Below are positions 52,791 through 64,000 of a stretch of DNA of 64,000 nucleotides, in pieces (within the stretch, counting starts at the first letter, position 1; each line of letters begins with the position of its first letter). Position numbers and translations under genes: made by a program. A model generated the notes under the pieces. It was given only the letters and a program-made list of their open reading frames with translations. It did no database searches and was not told the origin of the DNA. This DNA comes from Octopus sinensis. Taxonomy: Eukaryota. The DNA lies in NCBI RefSeq assembly GCF_006345805.1, contig NC_042999.1, positions 43,400,001 through 43,464,000 of the forward strand, read 5' to 3'.

Positions 52791-53466
52791 TAATGTCCTT
52801 CCTTTATGTGTAGGCGTGCTTGTGACTCTGCAAATGGGCATGTATGCTGATAATTCATCTATCATTGTTGGCGTTAGGAAGGGCATCCAGCCGTAGAAAC
52901 ACTGCCAGATCTGACTGGGCCTGACGAAGCCTTCCAGCTTCACAGACCCCAGTTGAACCGTCCAACCCATGCTAGCATGGAAAGCGGACGCTAAATGATG
53001 ATGATGATGATGATGATTGTTGGTGCAAACAGTGCTGTTGTTGACATGACTGGTTGCTCTGCACTTTCAAAAGCCTATAAAACATTAAAACCCTTAATCT
53101 GAAAAACAGGTGAGAGTTGGTAACAGAAAGAACATCCAGCTATAAAATTCTGCCACAAGCTCAATTCCCATCCAAGCCATGCTAGCATGAGAAAACAGAT
53201 GTTAAATGAATGAAAGAACAAACAAATATAGGAATATACTTTCTACAGCTCAATGTAGAGTAATCCAAGAATAGATTTATTATCTCTGTATAGTTTAAAA
53301 CCTACAAATAAAAATTACAGCTAGCTTTATAGTAAAAAACAAAATTCTTCTCAGTTTAACATCTTCATTCATAAAAACTCTACTTAGAAAAAGGCACTCA
53401 GCTCTTCTTCCAAGATTGCAGACTACTGAAATGATAAGAAAAGAGAAAAGAGATCCTTATAAATAA

Positions 53467-53470
<4 letters not shown>

Positions 53471-53515
<45 letters not shown>

Positions 53516-54160
53516 CCCATGCTAGCATGGAGAACGGACGTTAAACGACGATGATGATATATATTATATACATACATATAAAATATATTATATATACATA
53601 CATATAAATATATATATATATACATACATATAAATATATATATATACATACATATAAATATATATATATATACATACATATAATATATATATATATACAT
53701 ACATATAAATATATATATATATATACATACATACAAATATATATATATATACATACATATAAATATATATATATATATACATACATACATATATATACAT
53801 ACATATAAATAAATATATATATACATACATATAAATAAATATATATATATATATACATATAAATATATATATACATACATACATATAAATATATATATAC
53901 ATACATATAAATATATATATACATACATATAAATATATATATACATACATACAAATATATATATACATACATATAAATAAATATATATATACATACATAT
54001 AAATAAATATATACATACATATAAATATATATATACATACATATAGATATATATATACATACATATAGATATATATATACATACATACATATAAATATAT
54101 ATATACATACATATAAATGTACATATGTGGGTGTGTGTATGTGTATATATATATATATAT
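53471..54160. repeat. Compound microsatellite/minisatellite (AT)n-ACATACAT-ATAAAT
   Basis: About 20 variable units of roughly 22-34 bp; source of the 178-236 aa Y/I/M/C ORFs. Confidence 0.95.
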
Positions 54161-55416
54161 CAGCTAGACTAATTAATACAAAAGCACAAATTATCCTCTA
54201 AAGAAACCGGCAGCAATAAAAGACATTCACAGCTTTCATATGAATGAATTTAGTTTAGTAACCTTATCATTAGTAATAAATAGCAGTGACAGTTAAGACC
54301 GACTTACATCTATCAAAAACAGATTCACTTCTTAATATAATTACAGTGGGAGAAAAACAGAAACAAAAATAAATGGGGGAGAGGATGTTGCTAGTTTTCA
54401 CCCCCAGTCCCACCCATCCATCCATGTTCTTAGTGCAAATTCCATTAAGGTCAACTGTACCTTTCAGGAGGGTGAACGATTAATAAAATACAAGCAGCAG
54501 TAATGCATTGAAAAGCTTACAAACTGGAAGAATCATTTGAGCATTAGACAAAACACCTTGTGGTAGCTTTCTTGACTATTTACAACGTTCTTTTTCCCAG
54601 AAATTGAGAACAGCTTTCAGGTAGGGTGTAGGAAACTTCTCTACATGAAAAAAAAATGGATAAAAAAGTATAATCAAGTGGTTAAGAAAATCACTATGCA
54701 ACTATGTGGTTCCAGGTTCAGTTTCACCACGTGGCACTTTGGAGTAGTGTCTTCTAATTCTAGCCCTGAGCCAACTGATGCCTTGTGAGGGAATTTGGCA
54801 AATGGAAAACGTGTGCAAGCCTGTCATGTGTGTGTGTGAATGCCTCACTCCCACTGCCACTTTACAACCTGCATTTGGCTCGTTTATGTGTCCGTAACTT
54901 AACAGTTTGACAAAAGAGATGGATAAAATAAGTACCAGACTTTAAAAAAAAATAAGTATTGGTTCAATTTGTTTGACTAAACCCTTCAAGGTAGTGCCTC
55001 AGCATGGCTGCTGTCCAATGACTGAAACAAGTAAAAGAAGAGATAAAGATATGCTAGCGGACGGGCCACTGTACATTACAACACAAAAAAGAAATAAAGA
55101 ATGATCCACAGAAGTCAAGTTGATCTCCTCTAGCCCTTCCACAAAAATTTGTAGCATTGTACAAAATTCCTGAAATCAATAGATGAAAATAAGTATTATA
55201 AAGAACTGGACTTAAAAAAGTTTAAAATTCAAGCATGAATTCGACCCAATAAATAATTACGTGGCATGGCTATGTGGTTAAGACATTCGCTTCAAAACTG
55301 CATGGTACTTTGAGTCATAGCTATCTTCTACTATAGTCCCAAACCAACCAAAGCCTTATAATCAGATTTAGTTGATGGAAACTGGAAAAGGCTTAAAAGT
55401 GTGTGTGTTGCCTTTG

Positions 55417-55625
55417 TTTTTTCCAGTTTCAGCTCTTGAGCTGTGGCCATGCTGGGGCACCGCCATTGTGGTGAAAGAGTACAGCAGGGATCACCACCCC
55501 CTGCCGGAGCCTCGTAGAGCTTTTAGGTGTTTTCGCTCAATAAACACACACAACGCCCGGTCTGAGAATCGAAACCGCGATCCTGCGACCGCGAGTCCGC
55601 TGCCCTAACCACTAGGCCATTGCCT
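55417..55625 (-). mobile_element. tRNA-head SINE family H, young, sharing its 3' tail with family A
   Basis: TGGCCTAGTGGTTAGG A box, GGTTTCGATTC B box, tail GGCGGTGCCCCAGCATGGCCACAG...CTGAAAC. Confidence 0.8.
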
Positions 55626-55849
55626 TGTCATTCATTTCTAATCTTCCATAAAAACATGTCCAGTTACAAAGAAATATTACAATGAGTGTAGGAGAAATCT
55701 GCCTCTGTGAATTTTGTCAGAATTGTGGTCCTTGGCAGGGACTATTAACCAAGCTGGAGCAGACCTGAAAGTAGTAGTGGCTAAGAGTTAACTCCACTCT
55801 CCAAAACTCATGAACTCCAAAGTTTGGAGCCTAACCAGTGGATGCAGTT

Positions 55850-56235
55850 TAACCCTTATGTAAAAACAGGCCAGATCCAGCCTCTCACACCTACCCTATA
55901 ATGTTAGTCTAAAAATAAACAATCACATTATCGAAATCTCAAGGCTACACGAAAATTCATGATAAATTTAAAACAATGTGAATAAATAACCATTACATTT
56001 GGTGGAGAAATTTAAATGTTAAAAGGTGAAACCAGCCACATCTGGCTCAAATATTCTTCCTACTCTATGTTCAAACAAGCCAAATTTGACCTCTCAGAAC
56101 TACCTTAGAATGTCATCCTAAAAATAAACTATCACATCATCAACATCTCAAAGCTACGAAACAATGCTTAATTCAAAGCAACGTGAATAAATAAGCATTG
56201 CATTTGACAGAATAATCTGAATGCTAAAGGGTTAA
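55850..56235 (-). mobile_element. Two MITE D copies in tandem
   Basis: Repeated body, ending AATGCTAAAGGGTTAA. Confidence 0.7.
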
Positions 56236-56342
56236 TGTGTTAATCAGGACATTACAATGACCACCACAATGAAATATCCTTTGCAGAAACTTTGCTATCA
56301 GCAAATTAAACCTTTTAAGAAGTATATTAACCTCTTTGTTTC

Positions 56343-56572
56343 TTATTTCTTTACTGCCCACAAGGGGCTACACACAGAGGGGACAAACAAGGACAGATAA
56401 ACGGATTAAGTTGATTATATTGACCCCAGTGGGTAACTGGTACTTATTTAATTGACCCCGAAAGGATGAAAGGCAAAGCTGACCTCGGCGGAATTTGAAC
56501 TCAGAATGTAGCGGCAGACAAAATAGCGCTAAGCATTTCGCCCGGCGTGCTAACATTTCTGCCAGCTCACCA
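56343..56572 (-). mobile_element. SINE family B, full length
   Basis: Head GGTGAGCTGGCAGAAA through the AAGAAATAAG tail. Confidence 0.85.
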
Positions 56573-57978
56573 CCTTTTTTTTCCACACTGGTTTAATCTG
56601 GGCTGTGCTCAGACTAAACCATTGCAGGACTGCTGAAATCAATGATGTAGATTGGTGTTCCTCTTGAACAGATGAAGAGGAAACACGGATGGAATTCTAG
56701 AGGGACAATATTCTGATGAAGAAGGATTGGCTATAGTTAATGCAGGGTCTTGAGGTGAGACACAAGTGATGCAAATAAGCTGGTAGTGGTACAAAACCAA
56801 CAAGCTGTAAGAAGTAGAGGCCACAATTGCACAGTAGAGCAAGACAATTTTATTTGTTTTAGTCTTTTAGAAAGGAAAAAAACAAAAAAAAATTTCAGTC
56901 CTACTTCATTTCATAGTAGAGAGCTTATCAAGGTTAATGTATTTAACAAAGATTTAAACTATATATCTGTCATCAGTAAGAAAAAGTCACAATAAGACAC
57001 TTTAATAGTGAGTAATATTTATTAGTGACTTAAATATGTGTGTGTCTACAATTTACCCAATGCTCACAATAGTTACTGTCATAGCTGTAAACTCGTTTAT
57101 CAATGAATTAAAAGGCAAAAAATTACATAAAATATATAATATTTTGTTGTAGAAAACATGACAGTTTGGTCAATTGCTTCTAAATTTTAAATAGCTAGCA
57201 ATTAACTGGTCTATTTAATAAACTGAATATAAAGTCGCAAATGACTAAGGGATATATTTACTCAAACTCTTAAGATTCAAAATAAAATATACAAATCAGA
57301 TAACTGCAAAAATATTTTTTAAGTGGAGGTAGGTAGTGGAGGATAATAACAATTAGTGTTAGCATATTTATATGAAGTAAAAATGGTCAAACATTTTCCT
57401 AACATCCATGCTTTTAAATTTGGTGTTTAAATGCAAATTAACAATAAAAGTTGAGACTTATCTAATCACTAGAATGAATAAAACAAAATAGCAACCTGGG
57501 TTATTGCTTATGAACCACATGGTTCCAGGTTCAGTCCCACTGTGTGGCACCTTGGGCAAGTGTCTTCTACTATAGCCTCAGGCCGACCAAAGACTTGTGA
57601 GTGGATTTGGCAGACGGAAACTGAAAGAAGCCCGTCATATATATGTATATATGTGCATGTGTGTGTGTATATGTTTGTCCCCCCAACATCGCTTGACAAC
57701 CAATGGTGGTGTGTTTACGACCCCGTAACTTAGCGGTTCGGCAAAAGAGACCAATAGAATAAGCACTAGGCTTACAGAGAATAAGTCTTGGGGTCGATTT
57801 CTTTGACTAAAGGCGGTGCTCCAGCATGGCCACAGTCAAATGACTGAAACAAGTAAAAGAGGTGCAGAAGACATTGATAAAAAAAAATTTAACAGTTATT
57901 AACCTAGCCAGCTGAAAATATATTTCTACATTGATAAAATAATATTTCTTATGGAACATTGAGAGGCAAGGGGTATAC

Positions 57979-58069
57979 CCTTCTACATCACCCAACACTG
58001 AATTCCCTGTATATTTATCCGCTACACGGTCACCCAGCCAAGTCAAATGCGTTTCAAATCCTGACATTC
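57979..58069 (-). CDS. Candidate 91-nt coding exon, (G)MSGFETHLTWLGDRVADKYTGNSVLGDVE(G)
   Basis: Acceptor ttccttttcacatcag, donor AGG|gtatac, only one open frame, unique sequence, protein-like composition; product not recognised. Confidence 0.4.
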
Positions 58070-59350
58070 CTGATGTGAAAAGGAAGTTGAAATAGGAGCC
58101 AAGTATTTCTGTTTGATACATCCAGACCAACAGATAATGAGTAACTCATTAGAAAATGAAATACACACAGAAAGCAAAGGATAAAAAAAAAGTTGTTTTT
58201 TTTATGAATGACAAGTCAAAGCATAAAGATTATGATTGCTTATTGTTTGTTATGTTGCTTTGTTTTTCCAATCCAGCGTAACAAAATGAAAACTAATCAA
58301 CTTAAACAGCAATGGTTTTCTTAACTCCTTAATAGGGAAGCTATAAGGAGTGCTTACCGATAATTACTGACTACATTAGCAATAAGAGATGTGGTTTCTA
58401 AACACTAAGCACAGAAAATGAAACTGTGAAAACAAAGGATTAGCTTAAGCACTACACTGTAACACCGGTGTTGTTACAGCATTGGCTAACCATTCACAAA
58501 GTTGCTCTACAGGTTAATTACCCTGGCTGAGTCCATAAAAGCCACAATCATCTTATTGATACTCGAAAATCTATTTGAAGCTGATTGACACTCAAGCTAA
58601 TTTGAGACCAGTGTTATGGTATGCTTTTTTTTCTTTCTTTGTGTTTATATTTCTCAGTTTATCGGTCTTCACATGGCAGTAATATGTGAATATTCTTTAA
58701 CCTCACATTAGTATTCCCACCACCACTCCACTCATTTATAAGTAGTGATTAGAATAATATAGTGATGTATTTTTTAGTTACCCTGCCTTTGTTTTAATTA
58801 ATTTGGAAAATAATGAAGAATTCAGAAAAGTAACTTAGCTGAAGTTCTGAACAAATTAATAAGAAATTTTGATAAAAGGTTTTAAATTGAGATCATCCTA
58901 AAACAAGAAGTTCATCTCATAGAACAAAGGTGGGTGGATATCATCTTCATTTAACGTCTGTTGTCCATGCTATCATGGGTTGAACGATTTGACCAGAGCT
59001 GACTAGGAAGCTACACCAGACTCCAGTCTGATTTGGCAAGGTTTCTATGCCAACCACTTTACAGCATGTTGAGGGTGCTTTTACATGGCACCACGAAAGG
59101 GAACAGTCTTAACATTTCTGCAACAGAGTACAGGTCTTCTTTGAGTACCACAGGGCACCAGTTATCTTATCTTTTGTCAGTACAGCAAGGTACCAGACAT
59201 CCTGATCCTTTATCAATACAGCAAGACGCCAGGCATCTTGAAAAGGATTAATACCAAAATTTACCTTAAGCTATCATCACTATGGACCTAGATTTAAAGC
59301 TGACTCCTCAGACAGATTTAGAAATATTGCAGAATCATAATGCCATATCA

Positions 59351-59902
59351 TTTAACCCTTTGGAATTTACATTACTATCAAATATAATGTTTATCTATTC
59401 ACATTCTTTAAAGTTAATCCTGTATTATCATGTAGCTTTGAGATTTCAAAGTTCATTATCATCATCATCGTTTAACATCCGTTTTCCATGCTAGCATGGG
59501 TTGGACGGTTCGACCAGGGTCTGGGAAGCCAGAAGGCTGCTCCAGGCTCCAGTCTGATCTGGCAATGTTTCTACAGCTGGATGCCCTTCCTAATGCCAAC
59601 CACTCTGTGAGTGTAGTGAGTGCTTTTTATGTGCCTCCAGCACAGGGGCTAGAGGAGGCTGGCAATGGCCACGATTGGTTGGTGCTCTTTAAGTGCCACC
59701 GGCATGGAAGCCAGTCAAGGCAGCGCTGGCATCAACCACGTTCAGATGGTGCTTTTTACGTACCACCGACACAGTAAGGTTATGATTGCTTATTTTTAGA
59801 ATAACATTGCAGGACAGATGTGAGAGACTGGATGTTGTCAGTTAGAAGATGAAACAGGTAGAATATTTGGGCTGGACATGGCCAGTTTAAATGCTAAAGG
59901 TA
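59351..59902 (+). mobile_element. MITE D interrupted by a minus-strand SINE C (about 59455-59774)
   Basis: The MITE halves are collinear across the SINE. Confidence 0.75.
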
Positions 59903-62057
59903 ATCTTTAAAAATAGCATCTTTTATAGCTAACAGGCTGTGTGACATGGAATTTACTTTGAAACCATGCAGTTTCAGGTTCTATCCAATAGTGTGGCATC
60001 AAAGTGTCTCCAAAATGGTCTCAGACTGACCAATGCTTTGCAAGTAAAATTGGTAGATGTAAACTATATGGAAATCTGTTCTGTGTCTATGTTGGTATTT
60101 CACACTTTTATAAGATACTGTCTGAGCAAAACAGCGACGTCATGTTTTCACTTGCTGTAAACAATGTCTTATTGCTCTCTACTTTTGAAAATCAGGTGAA
60201 TAAAACATCCCTTATTTGAAAAACAGGTTTGGGTTGGCAACAAGAAGAGTAGCCAGCTGTAAAATTCTACCACAATATGTATATACTCAAACCCAAACCA
60301 TGGAAGATGGAAAAAAAAACAGACATAAAATATACAAACAAGTGAAATTATTTTGCATTTAATCTCAAGTTGTATCTTGGTTTACATTTTATTTTCTCAC
60401 TATAGTCTTGGAGACAGTTTATGATACAAGGTTTTATTTGCCTATTTCCAATACTGTGCACTTTCTGTGTTATTTCATGAAATAAAAGACATTTAAAATT
60501 AGTGTGAAATCTAAAATTTTCTTTGCTTCTTCTTCATCTTTGTCTTCACAATATTGTTTTCAAACATACAGTTCCATCTAGAATATACTCTTACACATTA
60601 AATAGCTATAATCATAAAGAAAATCAGTTTCAAGATAGAAGAGCAAACTGTGTATGTATATACATGTGTATGTGTGTGTGTGTGTGTAAAGCGCCAGTGT
60701 AATTTGTTTAAGTTATTTATGAACCTGGGAAATGCTTGAGTACTTGCTACTCATATAAAACAGAAAAATATCTTAATAAAATATAAAATATTAGTAACTG
60801 AAAGGGAATTGAAACTGAAGCAAAGGCATTGTGCTGTGTCCTTGGGGAAATCATAACAAAATTATTTCACTAACTTGAAAATAGGTAACAGCTCTAGTTT
60901 AATATGATTGAGTATTCACTAGTACTATCATGCAAGAATAGAGGAAAGAAAAAACAAATACTAATTCAACAAGGATGATGAATAGCAGTGTCTAGAAAGA
61001 AATTGGATAAGTCTATTGGGTTACTCAGCAATAAAATACAGGAAAAGAAACATGGAAAGTATTAAGAATTTTCAGCTCCAAGTTCAAATCCAATCAGTTA
61101 AATTAGATTTTTCTGATATAAGGGTTAATAAAAAGAATATACAAATTCAACATAGACAGCTAAAAAGAGGGGTGGATAAGTATTTGGACATTACTAAAGG
61201 AAAGAATAAGCTTCATCATTGGCTACATGGGCATATGATGGAAGATGAAGACAAGATTGTTGAGTAAATTTTGACCCTCTTTCAAAAACAAATTCTAGTT
61301 TTAATTCATACTGGGATGTGCAACCTTCCTTTTCTCAGTGTCTGATGTATTAACTACAAAGTTTCCCCTGAAAACTTTCATGTACCAATAACCTAGTTGA
61401 TATTGTCAAAACTTGTCAAGCTACAAAAGAGTTCCAAATCTGGAAGAATGGTCTAGATTCAAAAAGCTGAAAAGACTAAGACCAAAATAATAATTAACAC
61501 CACTTTACCATGCCTGCATGTGTTGGACAGGATTTGGTTGAAATGGATTTTCTATAACCAGATATCCTTCCTATTGCCAACGCTTACCTGTTTTCAAGTA
61601 AGATAATATTTCCCTATGATTTAACATGTTTCCATGGAAGATGAAAGAGGGACATTGCTTGCATGACTATTACATTCATTTTCAACTAGCACATAATCTC
61701 AAAGCAAGGAAACAATAACAGACACACACCTATACACATTAATTTCATGAGCAAGAGTGGCTGTGTGGTAAGTAGCTTGCTTACCAACCACATGGTTCCA
61801 GGTTCAGTCCCACTGCGTGGCACCTTGGGCAAGTGTCTTCTATTATAGCCTCGGGCCGACCAAAGCCTTGTGAATGGATTTGGTAGACGGAAACTGAAAG
61901 AAGCCTTTTAAGTTTCTCACAAGGCTTTGGCCAACCCTAAGTATCATACAGTAGGAGTAAACCCACAACCATGTCATTGGGAAACAACCTTCTTAAACAC
62001 AGCCACATCTGTGCCTAGAGCTCAAAATTCCAGCACCATAGGCGTAGTGATCTTAGA

Positions 62058-62765
62058 GGAGCACTCCGTCGATTGCAACGACGAGGGTCCTAGCTGATAC
62101 GATCAACAAAACAGTTTACTCTTTTACTTGTTTCATTCATTTGACTGCGGCCATGCTGGAGCACCACCTTTAGTCGAGCAAATCAAGCACAACAGGACTT
62201 ATTTTTTGTAAGCCCAGTACTTATTCTATCGGTCTCTTTTGCCAAACCGCTAACTTACGGGGACGTAAACACACCCGTATCGGTTGTCAAGCGATGTTGG
62301 TGGGGACAAACACAGACGCACAAACACACACACACATATATACGACAGGCTTCTTTCAGTTTCTGTCTACCAAATCCACTCACAAGGCTTTGGTCAGCCC
62401 GAGGCTATAGTAGAAGACACTTGCCCAAGGTGCCATGCAGTGGGACTGAACCCGGAACCATGTGGTTGGTAAGCAAGCTACTTACCACACAGCCACTCCT
62501 GCTCATGAAATTAATGTGTAAGTGGCTGAGCACTCCACAAACACGTGTACCCTTAACGTAGTTCTTGGAGAGATTCAGCGTGACACAGTGTGTGACAAGG
62601 CTGGCCCTTTGAAATACAGGTACTACTCATTTTTGCCAGTTGAGTGGACTGGAGCAACGTGAAATAAAGTGTCTTGCTCAAGGACACAACGCGCCGTTGG
62701 GAATTGAACTCACGACCTTACGATCGTGAGCCAAATGCCCCTAACCACTAAACCATGCACCTTCA
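62058..62765 (-). mobile_element. tRNA-head CORE-like SINE family F interrupted by a full-length SINE A (62116-62502)
   Basis: F head GAAGGTGCATGGTTTAGTGGTTAGG and core GTGTCCTTGAGCAAGACACTT; the F body resumes on both sides of the A copy. Confidence 0.8.
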
Positions 62766-63079
62766 CAATAGTGAAGTGATCTTAATATGCAATCTTAATA
62801 CTGTAGTATCTTAATATGCAATAAAGCTCATAGAAACAAGGGGCCAGATGAACCAGGAGCACCATAAAATGAAATCTTCGGCAGCTCAGATGATTACCTA
62901 GATGTAGCAGGTAGCTTCAGTTATCTGAGTGATATAATTACAATGGATATACAGAGAGTAGAGAAATTGGAATTAGAAAGGCATTAATGTTCAGAGAGCT
63001 GTTAAATTTGCTGGCGACAAAAGGTTTCTTCAATGTAAATTATATGTAGTTAGAGCAAGAAGTATGCTCATAGCAGAAA

Positions 63080-63468
63080 GGCACGGGAGTGGCTGTGTGG
63101 TAAGTAGCTTGATTACCAACCACATGGTTCCGGGTTCAGTCCCACTGTGTGGCACCTTGGGTAAGTGACTTCTACTATAGCCTCGGGCCGACCAGTCTTG
63201 CGAGTGGATTTGGTAGACGGAAACTGAAAGAAGCCTGTCGTATATATGTATATATATATATGCGTGTGTGTGTTTGTCCCCCTAGCATTGCTTGACAACC
63301 GATGCTGGTGTGTTTATGTCACCGTCACTTAGCGGTTCGGTAAAAAGAGACCGATAGAATAAGTACTGGGCTTACAAAGAATAAGTCCCGGGGTCGATTT
63401 GCTCGACTAAAGGCACTGCTCCAGCACGGCCGCAGTCAAATGACTGAAACAAGTAAAAGAGTAAAGAG
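63080..63468 (+). mobile_element. SINE family A, full length
   Basis: Head, core, microsatellite, tail. Confidence 0.9.
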
Positions 63469-64000
63469 TATTAAGTGTAGAATATCTGCAGAGGCTAGAA
63501 ACTTTCACTAACTTAAGTTCAGGAACAGCAGCATGGTTGCAAAGTTCATTTGACAACCACATGGGTTTGGTTCTGCTGCATGGCATTATCAGCAAGTGTC
63601 TTCTACTACAAGCACCAAGATGACCAAAGCCTTGTAAAAAGATCTGGTAGCTGAAATCTGAAAAAGACCCATCATGTGTATGTGTGAGTTGTTTTGTGTT
63701 GACATTCTGCAATGCTCCATGAAAACATGTCCAGCCATTGTGCTGCTGGTGTTAGGACTAGGAGAAATATCTTGCTTGGAATTAGATGAAGGTTTGGTGA
63801 CAAGAAGAACATCTAGCCATAGAAGATCTGCTTTAACAAATTTCATGTAACCTGTGCAAGACTGGAAAAGAGAATATTAAAATGATAATGATGAAGGAAC
63901 TGGTCAACTTGACATTTTAACCCGGATCATGTCTGCGCCAAATACATACAGCTTGCTAGACTAATTCATCGAAATTTGAGACTTAGCTGTCTTGGCCATA

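Noticed and set aside
53398-54124. Longest ORFs in the window (178-236 aa)
   Set aside because: Translations of a TA/CA compound microsatellite (Y/I/M/C/V only).
54308-54330. Minus-strand microexon encoding SESVFDR before a GTAAGT donor
   Set aside because: Needs a weak AAG acceptor; too short to distinguish from chance.
55560-55625. tRNA gene
   Set aside because: A and B boxes are present but run into a SINE body and tail; no complete cloverleaf, so it is a SINE head.
61016-61267. 83-aa ORF in unique sequence
   Set aside because: Non-ATG start, overlaps a degenerate SINE B relic, no motif or convincing splice sites.
62284-62472. Recurrent ORF family ...QIHSQGFG.PEAIVEDTCPRCHAVGLNPEPCGW (also at 8266, 23735, 42906, 43399, 57508, 63113)
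   Set aside because: Antisense reading of SINE A, not a gene family.

Overview
AT-rich eukaryotic genomic DNA dominated by repeats. The repeat families (tRNA-headed CORE-type SINEs, Meta-type and V-type SINEs, TTAA-flanked MITEs, long (TA)n/(CA)n tracts) match what I recall of Octopus genomes; this is an inference, not a database result. There is no complete protein-coding gene, and nearly all ORFs in the track are artefacts of microsatellites or antisense SINEs. The only recognisable protein homologies are decayed transposon pieces: RTE-like and CR1-like LINE 3' ends, a Tc1/mariner DDD transposase and a hAT dimerisation domain. Unique stretches are A-rich on the + strand, and most plausible splice signals lie on the - strand. 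The window therefore most likely covers introns of one large minus-strand gene, with several unverified candidate small or alternative first exons (about 58.0, 25.9, 17.7, 13.6 and 5.0 kb) and a promoter-like island at 24.9-26.1 kb carrying two RFX X-boxes. The most interesting structural observations are a roughly 20-bp site in one MITE family hit four times by three SINE families, several long fold-back hairpins, Penelope-type minimal hammerhead relics, and a candidate exonised SINE. I found no convincing novel multi-gene system.
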